Source of the DNA: an uncultured delta proteobacterium
GTDB taxonomy: Bacteria > Desulfobacterota > Desulfuromonadia > Geobacterales > DSM-12255
Assembly (NCBI GenBank): GCA_963787125.1
Contig: CAWBBV010000011.1
Location: 248,243-312,242, forward strand
Length of the DNA stretch: 64,000 bases
Direction: 5' to 3'
Part shown: positions 47,936 to 59,473 of the stretch, in pieces
How positions within the stretch are numbered: the first letter of the stretch is position 1
Layout: each line of letters starts with the position of its first letter
The notes under the pieces: generated by a model
Databases searched by the model: none
Seen by the model: the letters and a program-made list of their open reading frames with translations, nothing else
What the model was told of the DNA's origin: nothing
Made by a program: the position numbers and the translations under genes

Positions 47936-49012
47936 TTAACAGTATTCCCGTACAATTTTATAGGTCGTGGTTCGCTGCGCCGCTCTGAATCCGGCCCCGT
48001 GAATAAGATCAATCATCTCGGTGCGGTCCATCCTGAAACTGCAACCGGCAGCAGCAACTACATTCTCTTCAAGCATGGTTCCACCGAGATCATTTGCTCC
48101 GAAAAAGAGAGCTGCTTGCGCCATTTTTGCACCTTGGGTCACCCATGATGCCTGAAGATTGGGTATGTTGTCCAGTATAATGCGGGAGAGCGCCAACACT
48201 TTAAGATATTCCACCCCGGTGGCGGTCGTGCCGCCAAGTTCCGTGTTCCCAGGCTGGTATGTCCAGGGGATAAAGGCTGTGAATGAACCGCCGGCGGCCT
48301 GCAGCTCGCGCACCCGGAAAATATGTTCTATTATCTCAGCCTCGCTCTCTCTGCTGCCGAACATCATCGTCGCGGTTGTCGGCATCCCGGCAGCAGCAGC
48401 AGCGGTCATAACCTCTGCCCAGCCGGCCCAGCCGATTTTTTTGGGCGAGATTTCCTGGCGAACACGGTCAACGAGAATCTCCGCGCCGCCGCCGGGGATG
48501 GAGTCGAGCCCGGCAACCTTTAAACGGCAGATCGTCTCTTTTATCGATAACCTCGATAGTGCGGCAATCTGGGTGATTTCCGCCGGAGAGAGCGAATGGT
48601 TTTGAATCTCCGGGAAGCGCTGCCTGATCTCCCGGAAGAGCTTTTCAAACCAGTCGATACCGAGATCCGGATGGAGCCCCCCCTGCATCAGCAGCTGTGT
48701 TCCGCCGACGGCGACCAGTTCCTCTATTTTGGCGTAAATAGCCTCTTCCGCCAGCAGATACGCGTCAGCTGCACCCTTATCGCGATAGAACGCACAGAAC
48801 TTGCACTTTGATTCGCAAATATTCGTATAGTTGACGTTCCTGTCGACCACAAAGGTGACAAGGTTGTCTGGATGAAGCCGCTGCCTGATCAGGTTCGCAG
48901 CCTTGCCTAGCTGAAGCAGATCGCCTTTTTGCAGCAACAGGAGCGCCTCTTTTCTGTCAAGTAACTCACCACGATCGACTTTTCCAATGACGCTTTCAAG
49001 ATTGATCATCAT
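47936..49012 (-). CDS. mqnC: Cyclic dehypoxanthine futalosine synthase (radical SAM)
   Basis: DRNVNYTNICESKCKFCAF, LMQGGLHP, QASWVTQG and GGTMLEENVV motifs. Confidence 0.92.
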   Translation of the reverse strand: MMINLESVIGKVDRGELLDRKEALLLLQKGDLLQLGKAANLIRQRLHPDNLVTFVVDRNVNYTNICESKCKFCAFYRDKGAADAYLLAEEAIYAKIEELVAVGGTQLLMQGGLHPDLGIDWFEKLFREIRQRFPEIQNHSLSPAEITQIAALSRLSIKETICRLKVAGLDSIPGGGAEILVDRVRQEISPKKIGWAGWAEVMTAAAAAGMPTTATMMFGSRESEAEIIEHIFRVRELQAAGGSFTAFIPWTYQPGNTELGGTTATGVEYLKVLALSRIILDNIPNLQASWVTQGAKMAQAALFFGANDLGGTMLEENVVAAAGCSFRMDRTEMIDLIHGAGFRAAQRTTTYKIVREYC

Positions 49013-49013
49013 G

Positions 49014-50093
49014 TCAGTAAACCCTCAACTCGTTGTAGAGCGTATCCCGCTCGACCGGAATCCGCCCGGCCTGGCGAATCATTTTCACGATTGTCTCTTT
49101 TGTCATGGTCTGGGGCGAAGCTGCGCCGGCATCATGGCCGATCCGCTCCTCTACAACGGTCCCATCCAGATCGTTGACGCCGAAACAGAGCGAGGTCTGG
49201 GCAATCTTCTCCCCCAGCATGACCCAATAAGCCTTGATATTGGCGAAATTATCGAGGTAAAGACGGGCTACCGCAAGGGTTTTGAGGTCATCTACCCCGC
49301 CGCTCAAGGGATTTTTCAGATGTCCCAGCGGGTTGTTCTCCTTCTGGAAAGCGAGGGGGATAAAGACCTGGAAGCCCCCGGTTTCATCCTGCAACTCCCG
49401 CAGCCGCCGCAGATGATCGACCCTGTCTTCATAACTCTCCACATGGCCGTAAAGCATGGTTGCATTAGATTTAAGCCCGGCAGCATGCACCTCCCGCATC
49501 ACCGCCAGCCACTCTTCACCGGAAATCTTCTCCGGGCAGAGACGATCGCGCACAGACTTGCCGAGAATCTCCGCCCCACCACCCGGCAGCGAGCCAAGCC
49601 CCGCATTTTTAAGCTCCAAAAGAGTAGCGGCTATGGAAAGCCCGGCTATCCTGGACAGATATTCTATCTCCACGGCAGTGAACGCTTTTACATGAAGATC
49701 CGGCGAAGTTCCGCGGACGGTCCTGAGCATTTCCAGGTAGAACTCAAACGGCAGGTCGGGATGAAGTCCGCCAACAATATGAATCTCGGTCGCCCCCTGG
49801 CTAGCGGCTTCAACAGCCCTGTTACGAATTCCATCCATATCAAGGCAGTAGGCGCCTGCCTCATCAGCTGTCTTGGAGAAAGCGCAAAAACTGCACCTGT
49901 TGACGCAGATATTTGTGTGGTTGATATGACGGTTAACGTTGAAAAAAACCCGCTTGCCGTTTTTACGCTGGTTGGCAAAAGCGGCAAGTTCGCCGACTCC
50001 AATCAGGTCTTGATGATTGAAAAGGAACAGGGCTTCTTCGTCGTTAAGACGGAGGTTGGCAATAATTTTTGCTGCGATTTTTTCCATGGTCAT
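49014..50093 (-). CDS. mqnE: Aminofutalosine synthase (radical SAM)
   Basis: NRHINHTNICVNRCSFCAF, HIVGGLHP, HVKAFTAVE and IKAYWVMLG motifs. Confidence 0.92.
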   Translation of the reverse strand: MTMEKIAAKIIANLRLNDEEALFLFNHQDLIGVGELAAFANQRKNGKRVFFNVNRHINHTNICVNRCSFCAFSKTADEAGAYCLDMDGIRNRAVEAASQGATEIHIVGGLHPDLPFEFYLEMLRTVRGTSPDLHVKAFTAVEIEYLSRIAGLSIAATLLELKNAGLGSLPGGGAEILGKSVRDRLCPEKISGEEWLAVMREVHAAGLKSNATMLYGHVESYEDRVDHLRRLRELQDETGGFQVFIPLAFQKENNPLGHLKNPLSGGVDDLKTLAVARLYLDNFANIKAYWVMLGEKIAQTSLCFGVNDLDGTVVEERIGHDAGAASPQTMTKETIVKMIRQAGRIPVERDTLYNELRVY

Positions 50094-50125
50094 AATCTGT
50101 CCTGAAAATCTGGTTAATGGTAATA

Positions 50126-51865
50126 CTACAGTACCTCTATCTCTGCCCTGATTTCCTGCTCCTTGTGCAAGGCCGCATAACGCCCACCTAGTTGCAGCAG
50201 CTCCTGATGACCCCCCTGCTCGGCAATCACACCGTTATCCAGATAGATTATCGATGCGCAATTCCGCAGGGCTGACAGGCGGTGAGAGATGATGATAACC
50301 GTTCTTTCGCCGTAATAGTCAGCCAGGCTGGAGAGAATCTCTTCTTCGGTAGCGGCATCAACCGAGGAGAGCGGGTCATCCAGAATCAGTATGGCCGGGT
50401 TTTTCAGTAGCGCCCTGGCGATGGAGGACCGCTGTTTCTGCCCGCCTGACAGGGTTATCCCCCGTTCCCCGACCAGGCTTGCATACCCCTGGGGAAATCG
50501 CTCCACATCACCATGGAGACTGGCAGTCTCTGCCGCCCGGCGGATCTCATCGTCAGTTGCACCATTGCGGCCAAAGGCGATGTTTGCGGCAATGCTCCGT
50601 GAAAACAGGAACCCTTCCTGGGGGACATAGCCGATTGCGTCCCGAAGAGTTGCCAAAGGCAGACGGTTGATGTCGTTGCCGTCAATAAAAATAGTGTTGG
50701 CGGCAACCGGGTAAAGCCTAGCAATAAGCTTGACCAGTGTCGATTTGCCGGCGCCGATGGGGCCGACTATTCCCAGCCTTGATCCGGCCGGGATAGAAAG
50801 AGAAATGTGAGTCAGTAAAGGCTTTGCTCCGAAGGAAAAGCTCACGCCTTTAAGCTCGATGCCTCCCTTCACTCCCTCTGGGATAATCGGGGCTTCGGTC
50901 TCCATGATCTGCGCTTCCGCCTGCAGCACTTCGTTCAGCCTGGACATGGAGGCAGCACCCCGTTGCAGCAGATTGAGAATCCACCCCATCATGATAGTCG
51001 GCCAGATAAGCATGCTCAAGTAGCCGTTAAAAGCGACAAAATCTCCGAGAGTCAGGTCGCCGTTGACGACCTTCTGTCCCCCCAGCAAAAGGACGATCAG
51101 GGTGCCTAACGCTCCGGTAGCGGCCATGACCGGGATCATCAGCCCGCGGAGTCGGGCGACCCGCATATTGCTTTCCATGTAACGACTGCTGACTGCGGCA
51201 AAGGCGGCTATGGACGCACCTTCCCGACAGTAGGCTTTGATCACGGCAGCAGCGGAGATATTCTCTTCAATATTACTGGTGAGAGTTGCCAACTCTTCCT
51301 GAGCCTTTTTGGAACGCCGGAACATGGCAGCGCTGATCCGCTTCACAACAAAAATCATCAGCGGGAATGGCAGAGTGGCACAGACCGTCAGGAGCGGATT
51401 TATCCGTACCATCAGGGTAAGCGCAGCAATGTAGACAATGAAGGTGTTGATCAGGTTGAGGACGCCAAACCCGAGCAGCATCCGCACGTTGGTCAAATCG
51501 TTTGAAAAGCGGGAAATGAGATCGCCGGTCCGCTCCTGGTTAAAATAGTTGAGATCAAGGCCAAGCAGGCGGGCATAGAGGTCCTCACGGATGCGGTATT
51601 CGATCCGCCGGGCGTTGTGCAGCAGGGTTGTGCGGGAAAATATCCGGATAATGCCGTGGGACAGGGCCGCAGCAATGATTGCCGTGCCGAACCAGGCAGG
51701 GGAGTGGAGCGCTCGCGCGGGCGCCTGGATACTTTCTATGGCCAGCTTGAGCAGCCAGGGGATCAGCAGGGCGCAGCCGCTGGTGCCGGTAAGGAGCAGC
51801 GCCCCAAGCAGGTAGCTACGCCAGTTATCCAGCAGATAGGTTTTAAGAATTAATAGCTCGCGAAT
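50126..51865 (-). CDS. ABC exporter, fused TM plus ATPase (MsbA/MdlA-like); start appears to be ATT
   Basis: The frame stays open about 370 nt upstream of the called TTG, through RELLILKTYL...LLIPWLLK...RTGDLISRFSND. GPIGAGKS, LSGGQKQR and ILDD motifs; 579 aa from ATT 51865. Confidence 0.88.
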   Translation of the reverse strand: MRELLILKTYLLDNWRSYLLGALLLTGTSGCALLIPWLLKLAIESIQAPARALHSPAWFGTAIIAAALSHGIIRIFSRTTLLHNARRIEYRIREDLYARLLGLDLNYFNQERTGDLISRFSNDLTNVRMLLGFGVLNLINTFIVYIAALTLMVRINPLLTVCATLPFPLMIFVVKRISAAMFRRSKKAQEELATLTSNIEENISAAAVIKAYCREGASIAAFAAVSSRYMESNMRVARLRGLMIPVMAATGALGTLIVLLLGGQKVVNGDLTLGDFVAFNGYLSMLIWPTIMMGWILNLLQRGAASMSRLNEVLQAEAQIMETEAPIIPEGVKGGIELKGVSFSFGAKPLLTHISLSIPAGSRLGIVGPIGAGKSTLVKLIARLYPVAANTIFIDGNDINRLPLATLRDAIGYVPQEGFLFSRSIAANIAFGRNGATDDEIRRAAETASLHGDVERFPQGYASLVGERGITLSGGQKQRSSIARALLKNPAILILDDPLSSVDAATEEEILSSLADYYGERTVIIISHRLSALRNCASIIYLDNGVIAEQGGHQELLQLGGRYAALHKEQEIRAEIEVL

Positions 51866-51913
51866 AATCGGCCTTGTGTTACCCGGTTCAGGCGGAGCCG
51901 GTCGGGACTGGTG

Positions 51914-52636
51914 CTAGCTCTGCTGTTGCAGGGTTACATAGGCGCTGCTGCGCAGCTCGGCAAAAGTCAGGTGCGAGAGCATCGCTTCCCGGGCCCGCTC
52001 TGCGTCCCGGTCGCGGATAGCCTCAAAAACAGCCAGGTGATGCTGAAAAAGCTGGCGGTGATCCTCTTCAGTCAGGTAAACAGCCCGCCACACCCCCCGC
52101 TGAAACTCTTTCATGGCGTCAAAGATGCTCTGCATCAGGTGCAACCAGACCACATTATGAGTTGCCTGGGCAATGACAATATGGAAATTCGCATCCAGAT
52201 CCTGTGAGGGCTTCATCCCTTCAAGATTGCGCTCCATCTCCGCCACCAGCTTCTCCATCTTGCGGATATCTTCCGGGAGCGCCCTTTGAGCGGCGTAATA
52301 CGAGGTCCAGGCTTCCATGCATTTACGCACTTCGATGACATCCAGCGCCCGCTCCTGCTCACCTTTGATCAGCTCTGACAAAGGGTTGCCGGTGGAAAAC
52401 TCCACCAGCGACATCACGACTGTGCCGCCCCCCTGATAGGACATCACCAGTCCGGATGAAGCGAGCAGGTTGAGCGCTTCGCGGACAGACGGCCGCGATA
52501 CGCCGAACATTTCAGCCAGCTCCCGTTCAGGAGGGAGCTTGTCACCAGGGGTGAATTCACCGGCCAGAATTGAAGAGCGGATCTGCTCGGCGATCTGGCT
52601 GGAGACTTTTTTCGGCTTGATGGGTTGAAATGGCAT
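51914..52636 (-). CDS. GntR/FadR-family transcriptional regulator
   Basis: PGDKLPPERELAEMFGVSRPSVREAL HTH; FCD domain DANFH...ATHN. Confidence 0.95.
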   Translation of the reverse strand: MPFQPIKPKKVSSQIAEQIRSSILAGEFTPGDKLPPERELAEMFGVSRPSVREALNLLASSGLVMSYQGGGTVVMSLVEFSTGNPLSELIKGEQERALDVIEVRKCMEAWTSYYAAQRALPEDIRKMEKLVAEMERNLEGMKPSQDLDANFHIVIAQATHNVVWLHLMQSIFDAMKEFQRGVWRAVYLTEEDHRQLFQHHLAVFEAIRDRDAERAREAMLSHLTFAELRSSAYVTLQQQS

Positions 52637-52801
52637 AATGCTCCGATCTGAAAACTATAAAGGGGGTAGCTGGCCGCCACCCCCTTCTATCTACTACATT
52701 TACGCTTTCATTGCAACGGTATCACCCCCGAATCCGGGTGATAGGCGCGTAAAGCACTGTTTTGTCGAAAAAAACCGCATCTGTTTTCACCGGCACCTTT
52801 T

Positions 52802-53674
52802 TTACGGTTTATAGATCCTCATCAGCGCCTGGGCCATATCCGCCGGAGAAGCAGCAACACTGATACCGCACTCTTCGAGGATGGCGACCTTTTCTGCCGC
52901 TGTCCCTTTGCCGCCGGAGATGATGGCGCCGGCATGACCCATTCTTTTGCCGGGGGGGGCGGTGCGGCCGGCGATGTAGGCGGCTACCGGTTTGGTCATG
53001 TGTTCTTTGACGAAGTACGCCCCTTCTTCTTCGGAGGTGCCACCGATTTCGCCGATCATGATGACGGCTTCGGTGTTCGGGTCTTCTTCAAACATTTTGA
53101 GGACGTCGAGGTGGTTGGTGCCGTTGACCGGGTCACCGCCGATGCCGACGCAAGTGGATTGTCCAAGACCTAAGCAGGTGAGCTGCCAGACGGCTTCGTA
53201 GGTTAAGGTGCCGCTCCGGGAGACGACGCCGATTTTGCCCGGTTTGTGGATGTAGCCGGGCATGATGCCGATTTTGCATTCGCCGGGGGTGATGACGCCG
53301 GGACAGTTGGGTCCGACGAGTCTTGTGTTCTTCCCCTGGAGGTACTGTTTGACTTTGACCATGTCGAGGACGGGGATCCCTTCGGTGATGCAGCAGACGA
53401 GTTCGATGCCGGCGTCGATGGCTTCCATGATGGAGTCGGCGGCGAAGGGGGGCGGTACGTAGATGACGCTGGCGGTGGCGCCGGTCTGTTTGACTGCGTC
53501 TCTGACGGTGTCATAGACGGGGAAGCCGTCTATGACCGTGCCGCCTTTGCCGGGGGTGACCCCGCCGACCATGAGGGTTCCGTAGTCACGGGCTCCCTGG
53601 GCATGAAAGAGGCCGGTGGCGCCGGTTATCCCCTGGGTGATGACGCGGGTGTTTTTGTTGACGAGGATGCTCAT
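52802..53674 (-). CDS. sucD: Succinyl-CoA synthetase alpha subunit
   Basis: [20 protein letters not shown] and MGHAGA motifs. Confidence 0.98.
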   Translation of the reverse strand: MSILVNKNTRVITQGITGATGLFHAQGARDYGTLMVGGVTPGKGGTVIDGFPVYDTVRDAVKQTGATASVIYVPPPFAADSIMEAIDAGIELVCCITEGIPVLDMVKVKQYLQGKNTRLVGPNCPGVITPGECKIGIMPGYIHKPGKIGVVSRSGTLTYEAVWQLTCLGLGQSTCVGIGGDPVNGTNHLDVLKMFEEDPNTEAVIMIGEIGGTSEEEGAYFVKEHMTKPVAAYIAGRTAPPGKRMGHAGAIISGGKGTAAEKVAILEECGISVAASPADMAQALMRIYKP

Positions 53675-54843
53675 TATCTGCCTCCCTTTACTGCGGCTAC
53701 TATTTTCTGGGCGGCGTCGGCCATGCCGTCGGCGGCGACGATGTCAAGACCGCTTTCGGCGAGCATTCTTTTGCCGATTTCGACGTTGGTCCCCTCTAGT
53801 CTAACTACAAGAGGGACGCTTAGGGAGACCTGTTTGGCGGCTTCGATGACGCCGGTGGCGATGATGTCGCATTTCATGATGCCGCCGAAGATGTTGACGA
53901 GGATGCCTTTGACGTTTTTGTCACTGAGGATGAGTTTGAAGGCTTCAGTGACTCTTTCTATGGTGGCCCCACCCCCGACGTCCAAGAAGTTGGCCGGGTC
54001 GCCGCCGTAGTGTTTGACGATGTCCATGGTGGCCATGGCGAGTCCGGCGCCGTTGACGAGGCAGCCGATGTTGCCGGAGAGGGAGATGTAGGAGAGGTCG
54101 TGCTGGCTTGCTTCTATTTCGTTGGGGTCTTCTTCGTCGAAGTCGCGCATGTCGCCGATTTTGTGGTGGCGAAAGAGGGCGTTGTCGTCAAAGCCAAACT
54201 TTGCATCAAGGGCGAGGAGGTCGTTTTCTTTGGTGACGACGAGGGGGTTGATTTCCAGCATGGAGCAGTCACAGGCGATGAAGGTGGTGTACAGACCTTG
54301 GAGGAGGGTGACGGCTTTGGTGATGGTTTTACCGCTGAGGCCAAGACTGAAGGCGATGTTGCGGCACTGGAAGGAGGTGAGGCCGACTAACGGGTCGATG
54401 ACTTCGGTGAAGATCTTTTCGGGGGTGCTGGCGGCGACTTCTTCGATGTCCATGCCCCCTTCTGTTGAGGCCATGACGGCTACTTTGGAGGTGGCGCGGT
54501 CGACGACGAGGCTGACGTAGAGTTCACGGGCGATGTTGCAGCCGTTTTCGATGAGGACGCGGGTGACGAGTTTGCCTTCCGGGCCGGTCTGGTGGGTACG
54601 CAGGGTCATGCCGAGGATTTCCCGGGCGATGTTGCGGACTTCTTCCGGGGTGCGGGCCAGTTTGACCCCGCCACCTTTGCCGCGGCCGCCGGCGTGGATC
54701 TGGGCTTTTACGACCCAGGGGCCGTCCCCGAGACGTTTGGCCCATTCCCGGGCGCTGGCGCCGTTGTAGCAGACGTGACCGTCCGGTACACTGACGCCGA
54801 ATTTACGCAAAATCGCTTTTGCCTGGTATTCGTGGATGTTCAT
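53674..54843 (-). CDS. sucC: Succinyl-CoA synthetase beta subunit
   Basis: [32 protein letters not shown] and NFLDVGG motifs; GGAGG RBS. Confidence 0.98.
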   Translation of the reverse strand: MNIHEYQAKAILRKFGVSVPDGHVCYNGASAREWAKRLGDGPWVVKAQIHAGGRGKGGGVKLARTPEEVRNIAREILGMTLRTHQTGPEGKLVTRVLIENGCNIARELYVSLVVDRATSKVAVMASTEGGMDIEEVAASTPEKIFTEVIDPLVGLTSFQCRNIAFSLGLSGKTITKAVTLLQGLYTTFIACDCSMLEINPLVVTKENDLLALDAKFGFDDNALFRHHKIGDMRDFDEEDPNEIEASQHDLSYISLSGNIGCLVNGAGLAMATMDIVKHYGGDPANFLDVGGGATIERVTEAFKLILSDKNVKGILVNIFGGIMKCDIIATGVIEAAKQVSLSVPLVVRLEGTNVEIGKRMLAESGLDIVAADGMADAAQKIVAAVKGGR

Positions 54844-54962
54844 TGTGCCTCCCTGACTGGATTGTTGTGACAGCGGCAGGTTTGGCCTGATCAATTATAT
54901 GACCACGCACATACCAGCATTCAGTCAAACGTATGTAACTGTATACAAACAGCAATAACAAC

Positions 54963-54975
54963 TTGGTATTACCAA
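54963..54975. promoter_or_regulatory. FadR-subfamily operator-like palindrome upstream of sucC
   Basis: TTGGT-ATT-ACCAA; a weaker copy TTGGCCTGATCAA at 54882-54894. Confidence 0.6.
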
Positions 54976-55072
54976 TTATCCTTTTAGCCTTTCCATGTCA
55001 ATCAAATTTTATCAAGTTAGAAGTTATCCTGTTTATCAAGGATAGGTAGTTGGATAAATTACTGGAATACCC

Positions 55073-57325
55073 TTAGTTCTGGGCATCAACAACCGCCAGG
55101 GCAGCCATATTGACAATGTCATTGACATCGTCGCCACGTTGCAGCACATGTACCGGCTTGTTCATCCCCATAAGGATCGGACCGATGGCTTCAGCCTCGC
55201 CAAGGTGATGCAAAAGTTTGTAACAGATGTTGCCCGAGTTGAGATCGGGGAAGATCAGGATATTGGCGGCCGCCTTCAGATTGGCAAAGGGAAAACTTTT
55301 CTGGAGAATTTCGCTGACAACGGCTGTATCTGCCTGCATTTCACCATCAACCAGCAGCTCCGGGGCGCGCTGCTTGACTATTTCCGCGGCCCTTTTGATC
55401 TTGCGAGTCTGCGGGTGGTTAACCGAACCGAAGTTGGAAAAGGAGAGCATTGCCACGGACGGCTCGATTTCAAGCATCCTGGCTTTTTCAGCGGCAAGAA
55501 TGGCGGTTTCCGCCAATTCATCTGCAGTCGGATCAATACAGACAGTCGTATCTGCCAGGAAGTAGATCCCTTTCTTGAACACCATCATATAAAGACCGTG
55601 GACACTGGAGAGCCCCTCCTGCTTGCCGATCACTTCCAGCGCCGGACGGATGGTTTCGGGATAGTGGGTGTCTATGCCGGAAAGCAGACTGTCCGCGTCT
55701 CCCTGACGCACCATCATGCAGCCGAAATGAGTGCGGGATTTACGGGTGATGATCCGCCGTGCCTCAGTCAGGGTAAGCCCTTTGCGTTGGCGCAAGCGGA
55801 AGAGTTCCTGAGCATACTCCTCTGATTTTTCATAACTGGCCGGATCTATAATGCTGACACCGTTCAGGTCGATGTTCAATTCAGTCAGCGTAGTCCGGAT
55901 TTTTGTTTCGTTGCCGATGAGAATCGGGATGGCAATCCCCTCTTCAATAAGGGTCTGGGCAGCACGGAGGATCTTCTCGTTCTCACCTTCGGGAAAAACG
56001 ATCCGCTTCGGATCGCTTTTGGCCTTATTGATAATCTGGCGGATAATCTCTTTGGATTTTCCCTGGGTGGATTCAAGCTGCTCGATGTATTTGGCCATGT
56101 CTTCAATCGGCTGACGGGCAACACCGGAGCTCATGGCGGCCCGGGCAATGGCCGGAGCAACATGAAGGAGGACTCGCGGATCGAACGGCTTGGGGATGAT
56201 ATAGTCACGACCGAAAGCAAACTTGACATTGCCGTAGGCTTTGCAGACCGAGTCCGGCACCTCTTCACGGGCAAGATTTGCCAAAGCATGGACAGCAGCG
56301 AGCTTCATCTCTTCGTTGATGCAACTGGCACGACAATCCAGGGCCCCCCGGAAGATAAAGGGGAAGCCGAGGACGTTATTTACCTGGTTGGGGTAATCGG
56401 AGCGACCGGTAGCGATCATGACATCGTCACGAACCGAATGGGCATCTTCCGGGGTGATTTCCGGATCGGGATTGGCCATAGCAAAGATGACCGGATTGGG
56501 GGCCATGCTGGCGACCATCTCTTTGGTGAAAGCCCCTTTTGCCGAAAGGCCAAAGAGAACATCGGCCCCGGCAGCAGCCTCCTCCAGCGTCCGGAACGGG
56601 GTGTCGGCAGCAAAAAGCGCCTTATAGGGGTTCATCCCCTCCACACGTCCTTTGTAGATAACCCCCTTGGTGTCGCACATGATCATGTTGTTCGGCTGGA
56701 CACCGAGGGCAATGGCCAATTTGGCGCAGGAATTGGCCGAAGCGCCGGCGCCGTTGACGACGATACGGATATCTTCGATCTTCTTGCCGACCAGGTGCAG
56801 GGCATTCAAGAGCGCCGCTGACGAGATGATGGCCGTGCCGTGCTGGTCATCATGGAAGACCGGGATCTTCATGGTCTTTTTGAGGGTCTCCTCGATATAA
56901 AAACATTCCGGCGCCTTGATATCTTCCAGGTTAATGCCGCCAAAGGTCGGCTCCAGCAGCTGACAGGCCTTGATGATCTCATCCGGATCTTCGGTGTCCA
57001 GTTCGATGTCAAAGACGTCGATGTCGGCAAAACGCTTGAAAAGAATACCTTTCCCTTCCATGACCGGCTTGCCGGCCAAAGCGCCCAGATTACCGAGGCC
57101 AAGGACAGCCGTGCCGTTAGAGACGACTGCGACCAGATTTCCTTTGGCAGTGTATTTATAGGCATCTTCGGGATTTTGCTGAATTGCCAGGCAGGGTTCA
57201 GCCACCCCCGGCGAGTACGCCAGTGACAGATCGGCTGCTGTCTGGCACGGTTTGGTAGAGATGACTTCAATTTTCCCTTTTCGTCCCATTGAATGGTAAT
57301 CAAGGGCGTTCATTTTCTTGTGCAT
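55073..57325 (-). CDS. maeB: NADP-dependent malic enzyme with PTA-like domain
   Basis: [34 protein letters not shown] and DGEMQAD motifs. Confidence 0.97.
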   Translation of the reverse strand: MHKKMNALDYHSMGRKGKIEVISTKPCQTAADLSLAYSPGVAEPCLAIQQNPEDAYKYTAKGNLVAVVSNGTAVLGLGNLGALAGKPVMEGKGILFKRFADIDVFDIELDTEDPDEIIKACQLLEPTFGGINLEDIKAPECFYIEETLKKTMKIPVFHDDQHGTAIISSAALLNALHLVGKKIEDIRIVVNGAGASANSCAKLAIALGVQPNNMIMCDTKGVIYKGRVEGMNPYKALFAADTPFRTLEEAAAGADVLFGLSAKGAFTKEMVASMAPNPVIFAMANPDPEITPEDAHSVRDDVMIATGRSDYPNQVNNVLGFPFIFRGALDCRASCINEEMKLAAVHALANLAREEVPDSVCKAYGNVKFAFGRDYIIPKPFDPRVLLHVAPAIARAAMSSGVARQPIEDMAKYIEQLESTQGKSKEIIRQIINKAKSDPKRIVFPEGENEKILRAAQTLIEEGIAIPILIGNETKIRTTLTELNIDLNGVSIIDPASYEKSEEYAQELFRLRQRKGLTLTEARRIITRKSRTHFGCMMVRQGDADSLLSGIDTHYPETIRPALEVIGKQEGLSSVHGLYMMVFKKGIYFLADTTVCIDPTADELAETAILAAEKARMLEIEPSVAMLSFSNFGSVNHPQTRKIKRAAEIVKQRAPELLVDGEMQADTAVVSEILQKSFPFANLKAAANILIFPDLNSGNICYKLLHHLGEAEAIGPILMGMNKPVHVLQRGDDVNDIVNMAALAVVDAQN

Positions 57326-57635
57326 ACGCTGGTTTCTCCTGTTTTTTTGTAAAAGATGTCGTTTCAGGTTTGGTGTCTACGGCGGTTGCAAGTCTGTTGA
57401 ACTGAAGAAGTGGACGAATTACCGGAATTCATTTCAACCCATTACATATTTTATCGTGGCTGAAGTTGTCAAGCTTATATTTAATTTTAGGTAAATAATT
57501 TTACTTCAAATAAAAAATCTGGCGTGGTCGGCTTATAAAAAAACCGGGAGATTGCTCTCCCGGCCCTCGAAAGGAGCACACATGGCAGGATGTGCTCGTT
57601 CAACATCGTTTGCCGGAAACAGGTGCAAGCCTGAA

Positions 57636-58973
57636 TCAGACCTGCTCAGGCGCCGGTTCACCATCAGCAGTCAGCAGCCCTTCCAGGATCGCTTCAGGCT
57701 CGTCAGCCTCCACGTCACTTTCGTTATTGAGAATCCGCGCCATTCTGGTCATGTCCAGCTCATTCTCCCAGCGGGAGATCACCACTGTCGCCACCCCGTT
57801 GCCGACCAGATTGGTCAGGGCACGGGCTTCGGACATAAAGCGGTCAATCCCCAGAATCAGGGCCAGACCGGCAACCGGGATGGTCGGAATAGCGGCAAAG
57901 GTCGCAGCCAGGGTAATGAAGCCGCTGCCGGTAACCCCGGCGGCACCTTTGGAAGTCAACAGCAGCACCCCGAGGATCGTCAGCGTCTGGGTCATGGTCA
58001 ACGGTGTATTGGTCGCCTGGGCAACGAATACCGCGGCCATGGTCAGGTAGATGGAGGTGCCGTCAAGATTGAAGGAGTAGCCGGTGGGGATGACCAGACC
58101 GACTACTGACTTGGTACAGCCGAGATTTTCCAGCTTGGCCATCATGCGTGGCAGCACTGATTCCGAGGACGAAGTGCCAAGAACGATCAGCAGCTCTTCC
58201 TTGATATACTTGATGAATTTGATAATGCTGAAACCGCACAATTTGGCAATGGTGCCGAGCACGACAAAAATGAACAGCAGGCAGGTCAGGTAGAAACTCC
58301 CCATGAGCATCCCCAATTTTGTGAGGGAGCCGAGGCCGAACTTGCCGATGGTAAAGGCCATGGCGCCAAAAGCGCCGATGGGGGCGGCTTTCATGATGAC
58401 GCCGACAATGCCGAAAAGCACATGGGAGACTTCGTCAATGAACTTGAAAACCCCTTTGCCCCGCTGTCCGAGCATGGAGAGGGCAAAACCGAAAAGAATG
58501 GCAAAGAAGAGCACCTGGAGGATGTCCCCCTTGGCAAAGGCATCAACCACGCTATTGGGGATGATATTGGTCAGAAACTCAACCGTGCCGCTTGCCTGCG
58601 CCTTGGCGGTATAGGTAGCCAGGGCCTTTGTGTCAAGCTTGGTGACATCGGCATTCATCCCTGCCCCGGGCTGAACAATGCTGACTACCAACAGGCCGAT
58701 TGCCAGCGCCATAGTGGTAACAATTTCAAAATAAAGCAGCGCCTTGGCGCCGACCCGGCCGACCTTTTTCATGTCCTCCATGCCGGCTATACCGGTGACA
58801 ACGGTGCAGAAGATTATCGGGGCGATAATCATCTTGATCAGTTTGATGAAGCCGTCACCAAGGGGTTTCATGGCAGCGCCGGTTTCAGGATAAAAGTGGC
58901 CGACGCAGACACCGATGGTGATGGCGGTTAAAACCTGGAAGTAGAGATGATTGTAAAAACGTTTTGCTTTCAT
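57636..58973 (-). CDS. dctA: C4-dicarboxylate transporter
   Basis: [33 protein letters not shown] and DRFMSE motifs. Confidence 0.96.
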   Translation of the reverse strand: MKAKRFYNHLYFQVLTAITIGVCVGHFYPETGAAMKPLGDGFIKLIKMIIAPIIFCTVVTGIAGMEDMKKVGRVGAKALLYFEIVTTMALAIGLLVVSIVQPGAGMNADVTKLDTKALATYTAKAQASGTVEFLTNIIPNSVVDAFAKGDILQVLFFAILFGFALSMLGQRGKGVFKFIDEVSHVLFGIVGVIMKAAPIGAFGAMAFTIGKFGLGSLTKLGMLMGSFYLTCLLFIFVVLGTIAKLCGFSIIKFIKYIKEELLIVLGTSSSESVLPRMMAKLENLGCTKSVVGLVIPTGYSFNLDGTSIYLTMAAVFVAQATNTPLTMTQTLTILGVLLLTSKGAAGVTGSGFITLAATFAAIPTIPVAGLALILGIDRFMSEARALTNLVGNGVATVVISRWENELDMTRMARILNNESDVEADEPEAILEGLLTADGEPAPEQV

Positions 58974-59000
58974 GATGGCTCCTTTGCTTGATTGCTGTTA

Positions 59001-59216
59001 TCAGCAGATACGATTGCTAACGCCTGGGTTCTCAGGGAGCGGGAACCAGTGGGTAAAAATCGGCTTTTTGCCCTTCCCCCGGCTGATGCCGCAGCTTCTG
59101 ATGCTTTCCGAATTGCCGACACATGAGTGCAGCTCACCGAAGTAATCAAACGGCGTAAACAGAATAACGGCTTGATTCTCTGCGGGCAGCTGCTCTTTGA
59201 TGCTGATCCACTCCAT
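59001..59216 (-). CDS. Small DUF551-like protein
   Basis: MEWISIKEQLP...THWFPLPENP pattern; AAGGGG RBS; ends 27 nt before dctA. Confidence 0.7.
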   Translation of the reverse strand: MEWISIKEQLPAENQAVILFTPFDYFGELHSCVGNSESIRSCGISRGKGKKPIFTHWFPLPENPGVSNRIC

Positions 59217-59273
59217 ACGACGATCCCCTTATGAATGACTTACATTGATACATGCGTAATACAATGACATATC

Positions 59274-59290
59274 AGCAAAAGGAATACCAA
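59274..59290 (-). promoter_or_regulatory. Sigma54 (-24/-12) promoter for the dctA operon
   Basis: The minus strand reads TTGGTATTCCTTTTGCT (GG-N10-GC); dctA is sigma54-dependent in several proteobacteria. Confidence 0.72.
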
Positions 59291-59432
59291 GTCGCGCGAT
59301 TCGCTACAACACCCTTGAATCATTAGTGAAAAAACTGTTTTATTGCTGATAATGCGAGTGAAAGGTATTAACTTTGGTGAATGGTCGTCGGGGGGCAGAG
59401 CGCAGGCAGGTCGTAAATACAGGCAGTTGAAC

Positions 59433-59473
59433 AGGCTTAACCATGGTTAACGGCCTTAACCATGGTTAAGCCT
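59433..59473. repeat. Tandem perfect palindromes TTAACCATGGTTAA x2
   Basis: AGGC-TTAACCATGGTTAA-CGGCC-TTAACCATGGTTAA-GCCT. Confidence 0.9.

Noticed and set aside
50126..52636. TAG read-through fusing GntR to the ABC exporter
   Set aside because: Being in frame has a one-in-three chance, the linker is Pro-rich and not protein-like, and both genes are full length alone; an ATT start is simpler.
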